A program made the translations under genes and the position numbers. Below, piece after piece: positions 1 through 10,793 of a DNA stretch of 64,000 nucleotides. How positions within the stretch are numbered: position 1 is the first letter of the stretch; each line of letters begins with the position of its first letter. The notes beneath the pieces were generated by a model. It had not been told where the DNA came from. It worked only from the letters and a program-made list of their open reading frames with translations, and searched no databases. This stretch comes from Octopus sinensis (Eukaryota): assembly GCF_006345805.1 (NCBI RefSeq), contig NC_043020.1, forward strand, positions 310,001 through 374,000. Reading direction: 5' to 3'.

Positions 1-64
1 GCTTAATTCAGAATTGTGGTGCTCTTCTGTATAAGATTCAATTTTGACTGTCAGTGAACAGAGT

Positions 65-126
65 TCAGTTGTTAGGTGGTCGTGGTGGTGATGGTTGTAG
101 ATCAGCATTGCTTTTTATTCTTACAG
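65..126 (-). CDS. Candidate terminal exon (phase 1: xAVRIKSNADLQPSPPRPPNN*), gene unidentified
   Basis: Minus-strand acceptor tctttttctttttcttttttttttttggatag, then 20 open codons to TGA. Non-repetitive and proline-rich. No homology recognised. Confidence 0.3.
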
Positions 127-989
127 CTATCCAAAAAAAAAAAGAAAAAGAAAAAGAGACCAAATAAACGAGGTCTCGCATACACAATGCAGTGAGCTCA
201 CCTAAAAGTTTTAATTGATTAAAATTACAGGAATAATAAAGAAAAATACTAGCATTAATAATAACGCTTGTCAAGAAAAGCAAGGGAGACAAATACGAAA
301 TCATAATTGATGAAATATTGAATGAGGGTGGTGGGGGTCATGTGTCAGAGGAGTGGGCTCAGTCTTTAGTAAGTACAGTGGCAACTTTTCAAAGGAGTTG
401 GCATTACATTAATAATAGCATGTCAGTTCTGATGCCATTTATTTAGATTTATTTCTCTACTTTCTAACGACATATTCTGCCAGGTTTAAACTTTACTTTC
501 CATTCATCCAAGGTTCATTAATCTACCCTGTTGAGCAAAGTTGAGCAAGTTTAGCTACTTGACTAGCAAGCAGTACATTATTACATTTATTGATTTGCAG
601 CAGTGTGAATGAGAGAAACAATGTCCACGATTTATCAACCAAAGGAACCAAGGTGATTCGAATTTCCAGGAACAGGAATCATGTAGCTTTTGTTTTCTGC
701 TTTCCTCCACAATGCACTGTCATCGTCACCATCACCAACTGACTGCAACTTGTGCTTGTGTTGGGCCTGACAACAGGTGTGCCACATTACCTGTTGCATT
801 GCCAGTGCCCTGAAATTATCAGCAGTCACAGCAGCCTTGTCTTCCATCAAAGTTTTGACCATGGTTTTGGAAGAGTATCACAGGCAAGTTGTAGCTATCT
901 TCTTACTAATTTATTGGTCATTTGGGAATCAAGACCGGATTGCAGACTTGACTAGCTGTAAAAAGTATTTATCAATAATAATTCTCTCT

Positions 990-1430
990 AATTTTGGCAC
1001 AAGGCCAGCAATTTTGAAGGGAGGGTGAAAATCCTCGGTGTGTCTGTTTCGGCAACCAACGGCTCCTCAGTCGTTCTGTCTCTGCATGTGCGGACAATCT
1101 GCGGCAAACAGGATGTCTCTACATGTTGGGGATTGTTGGGGACCGCTTGTGAAATTCATATTCCCACGAAACTTCTTCCACTGCCATGGTTCAAGATGCC
1201 TCGAGGGTGGGAGAAGAAGCTGACTCAACCTACCCAGGGTGAATGTCGCCACAAGTACAAGTAAGTTACATTGACCCCAGTTTTCAACTGGTATTTATTT
1301 GATTGACTGAAGAGATAAAGGCAAAGTCAACTCCAGTGCAGTTTGAACCCAGAAACACAGAGAGCTAGAAGCAATGTTGTCAAGCATTTCGTTTGGTGCA
1401 TAACAATTCTGACAGCTCACCACCTTAATA
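990..1430 (-). mobile_element. Old family-B SINE interrupted by a ~235-bp insert at 1030-1264
   Basis: Degenerate B motifs (ttggcacaaggcc...gggaggg / gttacattgaccccag...aaggcaaagtcaact...tttgaacccagaa) lie on both sides of the insert. Confidence 0.6.
1030..1264 (+). mobile_element. Unclassified GC-rich insert, possibly the 3' end of a non-LTR retrotransposon
   Basis: Higher GC than the flanks, ends in caagtacaagtaag, and has weak Cys-motif similarity (ICGK...GL) to RTE C-termini. Confidence 0.3.
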
Positions 1431-1757
1431 TTCACAGAAATAACAAAATGTTGATAAAGCACTGATATAGGCACAGCCATGGCTGTATGGGTCAGCACTA
1501 GCTTTACAACCCAAATGGCTTTTGGTTCAATTGCACATATTTTCAATGGTCAGATGCACTCCCTGTTGCCTGTTCCTACCTGTTTTCTAAATGAGGCTGT
1601 TTTTTCTTTTCAATTTATCCTCACATATCGAAAGCAGAATCTATACCACTGTTTGCTTATGAGGCATTGTAAACAAAGATGCCACTTTTACCCAGATAGT
1701 GTTAGTGAGGACACATGGAATGTCATTCACGCACACACAAGCACACTTTATATACAT

Positions 1758-1760
<3 letters not shown>

Positions 1761-1827
<67 letters not shown>

Positions 1828-1950
1828 ATATATATATATATATAATATATATATATATATATAATATATACATGTATATATATATATGTATGTATATATA
1901 TATATATATACATGTATATATATATATGTATATATATATACATGTATATA

Positions 1951-2016
<66 letters not shown>

Positions 2017-2033
2017 CTATATATATATATTAT

Positions 2034-2081
<48 letters not shown>

Positions 2082-2147
2082 ATATATATAATATATATAT
2101 ATATACATGTATATATATGTTTGTATATATATATTATATATATATAT
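1761..2147. repeat. (TA)n microsatellite with TACATG interruptions
   Basis: Seen directly; source of the YIYI pseudo-ORFs. Confidence 0.97.
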
Positions 2148-2385
2148 AGAAGAGATAATGGTGTCATTGGGACCCGAAGGTGTCAGGTAATGCTGAATAA
2201 GTGCCATAGACAGACCATAGTTAAGTTCTAGATTTGGTAATATTGCGAATAAATGGTTCAACGTTGGTTCTATGCCAGCGTGTGTGTATATAAGAATTTT
2301 TTGCATAATAAGATTAAAAACCAAGGCTGTATAGATATTAGAGCATTGGGTTTTTTTTATCTTATTACACAAAAAATTCTGTTAT

Positions 2386-2416
<31 letters not shown>

Positions 2417-2479
2417 CACACATATACATACATGCACACACACACACATATATATATGTAAATACATACATATACATAC

Positions 2480-2990
2480 AGTATGAAAACAGCAAACACA
2501 GAAAGAAGACAATGTAGGAGGGTCAATTTTTAACAAATATTGTGTTAGTTTAACAATTACAAGAAAAGGAAAGAGTGTTAATGTTTCTGCCATTAGCTCT
2601 TCATCAGAAGGAAAATGTAGGAGGAAAGTGAAGGAGAATAGTGGCTGAAAAGGAAAAAAATCTGGTAAGGAGGTTAGGGGCCAGATGAAAATTTGGTTCT
2701 TTTGGTGCAGGGAGTTAAGAAAGGATGTGTTAGAGCAGCGTATCGGTGCATTGATTTGGGTATTAAGGAAGTGTGTGAATGTGTGTGTGTGTGTGTAGAG
2801 GTGTGCAAGTGGGGACACTTAGTAACAGCATGGGATAGTGGGTGGGTGGTGTGTGTATGGGTGGTGTGAAGGTGTAAGGGATAGTATTGTATGTGAAGAA
2901 AGCAAGGAAGTGAGGGGTGGATGCAGGAATGAGTGTGAGGTGAAAGGGAAGGCAAGAAGAATATGGAGGTTTGGTAAGAAAATATGTGTA
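2480..2990 (-). mobile_element. Degraded Penelope-like element remnant
   Basis: Purine-rich + strand block. The minus strand carries CTGATGAAGAGCTAATGGCAGAAAC, similar to the CTGAnGAAGGGCTAACGCTCGAAAC motif of Penelope-like terminal repeats. Confidence 0.5.
2575..2612 (-). ncRNA. Decayed minimal hammerhead ribozyme motif
   Basis: Minus strand reads CTT-CTGATGA-AGAGC-TAAT-GGCA-GAAAC-AT-T-AAC. Core boxes are intact; stems II and III are eroded. Confidence 0.5.
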
Positions 2991-4102
2991 CATACATACA
3001 CACACATCTCACACACGCCCACACATACACACACACACACACACACAGAGGACAGGCTACTTGTCAATGTATCTTCTTAGTGCTAAAACTAACAGGTCAA
3101 GTCAGGAAGTTTGTGTTCCTTTTGTGTAAAAGGTAAAATTTACTGGACAGTGGAAATTATGGGCACGGAGGGAGGAAAATGTTATAATCATTTATGCCAA
3201 TATGTTTCCTTATTTCATCTTTTGTAAATATCCGAACATTTTCTTTTATTAATGTGGCCTGTAGGGTCTCCACTACTCACCACTAATCTCTCCATCTTAA
3301 AACGTTCATGTTTTCTCCATCCATTTATCTGGTGCATACATCTATACACATACACACACGTTTCAAAGCTGATATGAAAATGAACAGGCACACAAAAACT
3401 GTGTTGAAAGACGGTGTTACAGAAGTTATTGTACATTATTTGGTTGACTTAGAATATTTATTATTCCTGAATATATTCCAATGGCAAAAAAAAATGTTTA
3501 CTGCTGAGGATTGAAACCTAACGCCAATGAATACAGGGTGTTTATTTTTTTTTTATACCTTTATTCCAAATAGTACTACTCAGGGTTTAGATTTAAAGAC
3601 TGCTAAACATATTCAGTGATATTGAATCTTTTTCTCCTGTATTTCATCGGGGTTATATATATATATTCAGTGACAATTTTGCGGGCTATAATAAAATGCA
3701 CAGATTTTACTGGCTTCAGTAAGTCACATTGAAATTTACTGTCAGGAGAAGTTTTCAAGTTGATTTATTATAATTATTTCGTTTGCCTGGTTACAAAAGA
3801 AAAGAAAAGGAAAATATCAAAAAGAATTTTAAAAAAATAACAATAAAATCGCAGTTACAATTTACTGTTAACATTCAGTAGATATTTACAATATTGTATT
3901 GTTAATCATTGGTGATAGGCATAAGAGGAGAGCTTTTAATAGCAGTACTTTAGTGATGGATATAGAAGTGAATATAATACATAAATAAGTGGTTATGAGG
4001 AATCAGAGTCGTTTGGGGAATTAATATATGTTGCTCTTAAGTCGTCTCCGTGATAAAAAGGAAAATGTCTCTACAATTTAGTTCACCAGAGACTATTGCT
4101 AC

Positions 4103-4193
4103 CTATAAAACTTTTGGAAATATCTCTTGCTTTCCGAATCCCTTGCGGATTGTTGTTATTCTTGTTAATAGCATCTTTTATTTCTGCTCGTAT
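4103..4193 (-). CDS. Candidate coding exon IRAEIKDAINKNNNNPQGIRKARDISKSFI(G), gene unidentified
   Basis: Acceptor ttttgtttcactgcttttag with no AG for ~35 nt upstream. Only frame 0 is open. Ends at AG|gtagca, or reads through to TGA at 4083-4085. No family recognised. Confidence 0.35.
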
Positions 4194-4845
4194 CTAAAAG
4201 CAGTGAAACAAAATTCATTGTCATTTTAAACACTGGCTTCCTTTTTAGAATCCAGTGCTTTCATTGATATATTATGTCCTTTTCAATCTTATCTAATTGG
4301 CTGAATTAAAAAAGAATGACTTAATGACATTTTCTTGCCATTTGTGTGTTCTCCGTACATTTTTGACACTAAGAATATTTGTTATTGCCTGAAAGTGAGG
4401 TGGCATAAAATAAGCTAACTATAGCAATAGAAACATTTTCAGAATGGCTTCGAATAGTTTCCATTATATCAACATTGGTTGTCACTTAAATTTCTATGCT
4501 ACAGATCAATTTGGAGAAAACATTAACTTGCAAGTCATGCTTGATACTATGAATAAATCTTTGTACATTTGATTTAGCTCCATTGAATACAACTCTGAAG
4601 ATAAGCTATCTACTATTGGGTGACTTGTTCAATTGAGGTATAATATTATTCCGTTCTGAAGGTGCAGTCAATGTTAAGATCACAAGCTCAAGCCCAGCTT
4701 AATATGATTATGTTTGTCCCCTGAGCAAGTAATTCATTAACTCTTTAGTGGCAATATTTCTAACAAAATATGCTACTTTTGTTCATTTAGTGATAATATT
4801 TCTGACAGAATATGCTGCCTGTGTTCATTTGTTTAACACCTTATA

Positions 4846-5224
4846 GGCACAGGAGTGACTGTGTGGTAAATAGCTTGCTTACTAATCACATGGTTCCGGG
4901 TTCAGTCCCACTGTGTGGCACCTTGGGCAAGTGTCTTTTACTATAGCCTCGGGCTGACCAAAGCCTTGTGAGTAGAAATTGAAAGAAGCCTATCGTATAT
5001 ATTTATATATATGTGTGTGTCTGTGTTTGTCCCCCCAACATCGCTTGACAGCCAATGCTGGTGCGTTTACATCCCCATAACTTAGTGGTTCAGCAAAAGA
5101 GACCAATAGAATAAGTACTAGGCTTACAAAAAGTAAGTCCTGGGTCAATTTACTCGACTAAAGGCGGTGCTCCAGCATGGCTGCAGTCAAATGACTGAAA
5201 CAAGTAAAAGAGTAAAAGAGAGAG
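4846..5224 (+). mobile_element. tRNA-headed SINE, family A, full length
   Basis: A-box-like gtgactgtgtgg, B-box-like ggttcagtccc, internal (TA/TG)n, 3' gaaacaagtaaaagagtaaaagag. Confidence 0.92.
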
Positions 5225-5254
5225 TATCTGTTCTCCTTTGCTTGCAAGGAACAT

Positions 5255-5378
5255 AATCAACCCCGAAAGGATGAAAGGCAAAGTCGACCTCGGCGGAATT
5301 TGAACTCAGAACGTAGCGACAGACGAAATACCGCAAAGCATTTCGCCCGGCGTGCTAACATTTCTGCCAGCTCTCCGT
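5255..5378 (-). mobile_element. Family-B SINE, 5' part
   Basis: Reverse complement of the ggcgagctggcagaa...gagttcaaattccgccgaggtcgactttgcc head. Confidence 0.88.
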
Positions 5379-5380
5379 CT

Positions 5381-5530
5381 TCTTTCAGTACCTGTCTACC
5401 AAATGTACTCACAAGCCCTTGGTCAGCCTGGGACTATAATAAAAGACACTTACCCAAGGTGCCATGGAGTAGGACTGAACTCAGAACCACTCACTTGGGA
5501 AGCAAACACTTTACCATACAATCGCACCTA
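5381..5530 (-). mobile_element. Family-A SINE, 5' half
   Basis: ctttcagtacctgtctacc...gacacttacccaaggtgccatg...ggactgaactcagaacc. Confidence 0.8.
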
Positions 5531-6908
5531 TGTTTTTTAAACATTGTACTTATGAAATATTGCAAATGAACCGGCATCACCGCTAACAACTTGTTTGGAA
5601 TATCAGTGAATGATGATGGCTGAACTTCAGCAGAACCACAACTAACTGGCTGGAACCAGTAAAAGACTTATAAATGTCTTTAAAATCTGATCAAGAAACT
5701 TCAATCACAAGTGCAATTATGGATAATGGTAATTTGATATTTCAGATCTCCACTGACATCAAAGATTTCTTTAAATAATTGCAAAAGAGAACCATTCATT
5801 TGAAAATAATCCATCTTTAAATTATTATGGATGGCTACATATGTAGCACATATCAACTCATTTAAACATAACCTGATACCTTGTTTATATACTGGCATTA
5901 TACTAAATTGTTTAGAAAGAAAGCATGACACATAATTAATTGAGTAAAATTAGTATGCATTATATGTTATAAAGAATTTTCCCTTCAGCATAACAGATTT
6001 ACAAACACACATATATATACATACTTTCGTACATACATACATACATACATACATATGAGACAGTTCATACCTATCTTATTCCAATTTACTTTACTTCATG
6101 CATGCTTTGATTGTAGCTCACATATTAAACGAGGAAGCAACCACCAGGGACTTTGAACTCTTATCTATATTTGACTTGTGTGACTTTACAATGTTTTTCA
6201 ATAGACACAATTCACTAAACACTTCCTACACTGTGCTACAATGTTTGTTTATCCTGATGTGATTTGGTTTCCATTTCTAAACCCCTGGCACTCAAGTGTC
6301 ATTCTCTCGTTATTCCTTATAGTAAAAAAAAAACTATGTAATTGTGTGTGTGTGTATGTCTATGTCTGTTTGAACTGACCTTACTAATACAATAAGATCT
6401 TCCTCATCACCATATATCCACTTTACCATGCTTGCATGGGTCAGACGGAATTTGTTGAGGCAGATCTTCTACAGCTGCATACCTTTCCTGTTTCCAATTC
6501 TTGTCTGTTTTCAAGTAAGCTGATATTCTCCACGACCAGACATGTTTTTATGGATGGTTGGAAATGAAGGACACTGTTTGTAAGACAGCATCAATCATTT
6601 ATCACTCATGAAGTCAGCACAAGGAGACAGTAATACATACATATAATACTCATTTACACACACACACAACCACACACACACTTATAGGAAGTTGTAGAAA
6701 CATTGCCAAAACACATAATTGGAACCTAGGGAAGCTCTCTGGTTTGCCAGTTCCTATAAGACCGTCCAACTCATGTTAGTATGGAAAACAGATGTAAGAT
6801 AATGAAGATGATTCTGTCAAATCCATTTGCAAGGCTTTGGTTGGACCAGAGCTGTAGTAGAAAATGCCCGAGATGTCATGCAGTGGGACAGAATCTGAGG
6901 TCTTTTGG

Positions 6909-7124
6909 AAGATGGAGAGCTGGCAGAAACATGAAGCACACCAGGTGAAATGCTTAGCGGCATTTCGTCTGCCATTACGTTCTGAATTCAAATTCCACCA
7001 AGGTCGACTTTCGAGGTCAATAAAGTACCAGTTACACACTGAGGTCGATGTAATCGACTTAATCCCTTTGTCAGTCCTTGTTTGTCCCCTCTGTGTTTAG
7101 CCCCTTGAGGGCAATAAAGAAATA
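6909..7124 (+). mobile_element. Family-B SINE inserted in a minus-strand family-A SINE, with a 19-bp TSD
   Basis: Exact direct repeat agaatctgaggtcttttgg at 6890-6908 and 7125-7143. Confidence 0.92.
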
Positions 7125-7895
7125 AGAATCTGAGGTCTTTTGGTTGGGAAGCAAACTTCTTATCACACAGCCACTCCCATGTCTCAGATATATTGTGGAA
7201 TTAAAAATAAAACCTCTCTCAATTCCAGTATTAATTCATTACTACAGGAGTGAGTAACCGTTTCCAATGCACAGTGAAAGAAATCTTTAGGCCTAACATG
7301 AATTCTTTCAAAGAACTGGAAATAATATATAGGCTTTACTCTGAAGAATATTTAATCCTCTGTTTAAAATGAAAATAAAAATAGTTCTTGCATATATTGC
7401 ACTGGTTTTCTGCACAAAGAAAAGTAGGTATTCAAATGAGTTCTTTTTTAAAGAAAAAAATAATATGCTTACTTTCAAGTTGGTGTGTGTGAGTGCAGTA
7501 TATTGTGTGATGCAATGTTTGTGTGTGGCGTGCGTGAATGTGTGATGTGTGAGATTTTATTTATTTCACCTATATTTTCAAGATACAAGCATAAAAAGGA
7601 AATTTAAGAAGGAAATGCAGAAATGTGGAAAAATAAAAAAATGAAGGGGGGGGGAAAAAGAAAGACGTAAAAAAAATTAATAAAAAAATAAAAATAAATA
7701 ACTCTTTGATTTGTAGGATTGATTTTTTAACATGTTTATTCTCTCTAGATTCTGGTCTGTGCATGCAAGTGTGTTTGTAAGTTATGTAGAATTCCTCGAG
7801 TTGAAATATGGACGGATAATACTTGTTCTGCTAACTTAGTACTGTGTACTCAATCTTTTTGTTTGTAATAGTCACATAAAGCTAACACTTTCCTT

Positions 7896-8195
7896 CCTCT
7901 CTCTCTCTCCTGTCTCTCTCTCTCTTTATATATATATATATGTATGTATGTATGTATGTATATATATATGTATGTATATATATATGTATGTATATATATA
8001 TGTATGTATGTATGTATATATATATGTATGTATGTATATATATATGTATGTATGTATATATATATATGTATGTATATATGTATATATATATATGTATGTA
8101 TATATGTATATATATATATGTATGTATATATGTATATATATGTATGTATATATACATATATATGTATGTATATATATATATGTATGTATATATAT

Positions 8196-8226
<31 letters not shown>

Positions 8227-8686
8227 TGTATATATATATGTATGTATATATATATATATGTATGTATATATATATGTATGTATATATATGTATATATGTA
8301 TGTATATATATATGTATGTATATATATATGTATGTATATATATATATATGTATGTATGTATATATGTATGTATATATGTATATATGTATGTATGTATTAT
8401 ATATGTATATATATATATATGTATGTATGTATATATGTATGTATGTATGTATATATATATATATGTATGTATGTATGTATATATATATTTATGTATGTAT
8501 GTATATATGTATATGTATGTATGTATATATGTATATGTATGTATGTATGTATGTATATATATATTTATGTATGTATGTATATATGTATATGTATGTATGT
8601 CTGTATATGTATGTATATATATGTATGTGTATGTATGTCTGTATATGTATGTATATGTGTGTATATTATATATGTGTGTGTGTGTT
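7896..8686. repeat. (CT)n followed by a ~760-bp compound (TA)n/(TATG)n microsatellite
   Basis: Seen directly; source of the ORFs at 7882-8787. Confidence 0.97.
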
Positions 8687-9262
8687 TTTGTGTGAGGTAA
8701 GAGTATGCATAATTCTTTTATATTAAGTTTTAGAAGTTCACTCTTACCTGCTTTTCCTTCGCTCCATAGACCTTTGTTACAGCACAAAATAATTTATAAT
8801 TTATATGCATGTGTCTTATTACTGTATGTATATGATTTATGCATGAATGTATGCTCACACACTCACACACATACTATTATAAGACATACATACACACATA
8901 CTATTATAAGGCATGATTATTAATTATGAATTATTATATAATAATTAATTATATATATATATATATATGGATGTAATAAGTCATGTATGCATATAAATTA
9001 TGAATTATTTGGTGTTGCACCATTGATTAATGGAATGAAGGAATTGCTGGTGTGTGTGTGTTACGAGAGATGTGTTAGTGTAAATGAAGAGATAGTGAGA
9101 AGATGGTTCATAAGATGACTTAATATTACAATAAGCAATGGAAACCAGTTGTAAGCATTAGGCACTGCCAAACTCCAAACCTTCATCAGTTCTTCTGATT
9201 TCCCACTTTTTTTCATGCTTGCATAAATTGAACAAGTCTTCTCCAGTGTAGAATTTTGACTA

Positions 9263-9846
9263 AGACTTCTTTTTCACAGATTTCTTTTACATTAAACATT
9301 GGTTACTTTCCACTGAGGCCCCTGTCACAACGTCCAGCCTTACAGGAACGGGCACACAGTGAAGAGAAAATAATAAAAGTAGGGGTCTCTAGATCCACTT
9401 TCCCTCTCTTCCTTAGACTTCTTTTCCACAGATTTCTTACACTTTAAACATTGGTTACTTTCCACTGAGGCCCCTGCCACAACATCCAGCCTTACAGGAA
9501 CGGGCACACAGTGAAGAGAAAATAATAAAAGTAGGGGTCTTGAGATCCACTTTTCCTCTCTTCCTTAGACTTCTTTTCCACAGATCTCTTTCACATTAAA
9601 CATTGGTTACTTTCCACTGAGGCCCCTGTCACAACGTCTGGCCTTACAGGAATGGGCACACAATGAAGAGAGAATAAGAAAAGTAGGGGTCTTGAGATCC
9701 ACTTTTCCTCTCTTCCTTAGACTTCTTTTCCACAGATTTCTTACACTTTAACCATTGGTTACTTTCCACTGAGGCCCCTGTCACAAGGTCCGGCCCGGCC
9801 TTACAGGAATGGGCACACAATGAAAAGAAAATAATTAAAGTAGGGG
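9263..9846. repeat. 152-bp tandem repeat, ~3.8 copies
   Basis: Anchor ggttactttccactgaggcccc starts at 9301, 9453, 9605 and 9757. Confidence 0.95.
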
Positions 9847-10077
9847 TACAGAGAGGTTATCTACTTGACTGAAAAATAGTACATCTAGTGTACCGTATCT
9901 GTGTATTGAGCTCAGTTATTCAACTTCTTGAGTCTGCTTGATGAGGGTTTCACTAGAATTACACAACATCAGAAATGATCAACTCATCCCACTCTTTTTC
10001 ACTCCTGGTCCATCTATCAGCTTAGATAAGTAACTTTTGTTTACCATACAAATAATTGCATATATGTGTATATATGG

Positions 10078-10337
10078 CTGATGCCAGCCTTTCCTGGCTT
10101 CCGTGCCGGTGGCACGTAAAAAGCACCATCCGATCGTGGCCGTTTGCCAGCCTCGTCTGGCACGTAAAAAGCACCCACTACACTCATGGAATGGTTGGTG
10201 TTAGGAAGGGCATCCAGCCGTAGAAACATTGCCAGATCAGACTGGGCCTGGTGCAGCCTTTTGGCTTCCCAGACCCCAGTTGAACCGTCCAACCCATGCT
10301 AGCATGGAAAGTGGAGGCTAAACGATGATGATGATGT
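10078..10337 (+). mobile_element. Family-C (GAT)n-tailed retroposon with two 5' units
   Basis: gccggtggcacgtaaaaagcacc units, body gttaggaagggcatccagc...ccatgctagcatggaaa, gatgatgatg tail. Confidence 0.9.
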
Positions 10338-10350
10338 CTGATATAATATT

Positions 10351-10520
10351 CATCATCATTTAACATCCGCTTTCCATGCTCATATGGGTTAGATGGCTTA
10401 ACTGGAACTGGTAAACTGGAGTACTGCACCAAGTTCCAGTCTGATTTGGCATGGGTTTTATTGCTGGATGCCCTTCCTAATGCCAATCACTTCAAGAGTG
10501 TAATGCATGCCTATTATGTG
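10351..10520 (-). mobile_element. Family-C retroposon, tail-to-tail with the previous copy
   Basis: catcatcatttaacatccgctttccatgc...ggatgcccttcctaatgccaatcac. Confidence 0.85.
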
Positions 10521-10560
10521 CCACTGGCACAGCCTGATATAATATTTAATAATATTTATA

Positions 10561-10793
10561 AGGGCGGCGAGCTGGCAGAATCATTAGCACGTTGGGTGAA
10601 ATGCTTAGCGGTATTTCGGCTGCCGTTACGTTCTGAGTTCAAATTCTGCCGAAGTCGACTTTGCCTTTCATACTTTCGGGGTCGATAAATGAAATACCAG
10701 TTACGCACTGGGGTCGATGTAACCGACTTAAGCCCTTTGTCTGTCCTTATTTGTCCCCTCTGTGTTTGGCCCCCTGTGGGCAATAAAGAAATA
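10561..10793 (+). mobile_element. Family-B SINE, full length, 9-bp TSD
   Basis: ggcggcgagctggcagaatc head, caataaagaaataa tail, aatatttat at 10551-10559 and 10794-10802. Confidence 0.93.

Noticed and set aside
635-1028. Protein-like ORFs on both strands (MVKTLMEDKAAV..., CHITCCIASALKL...)
   Set aside because: No homology recognised. The minus ORF has an in-frame stop between the nearest acceptor and the ORF, and the plus ORF needs a weak acceptor and a GC donor.
1479-2372. Long YIYI-type ORFs (also 7882-8787, 12450-13345, 22772-23032, 34823-35097)
   Set aside because: Read-through of TA, TG and CT microsatellites; no coding signal.
7473-7569. Minus-strand exon-like segment with good splice signals
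   Set aside because: Stops in all three frames and CA-rich low complexity.
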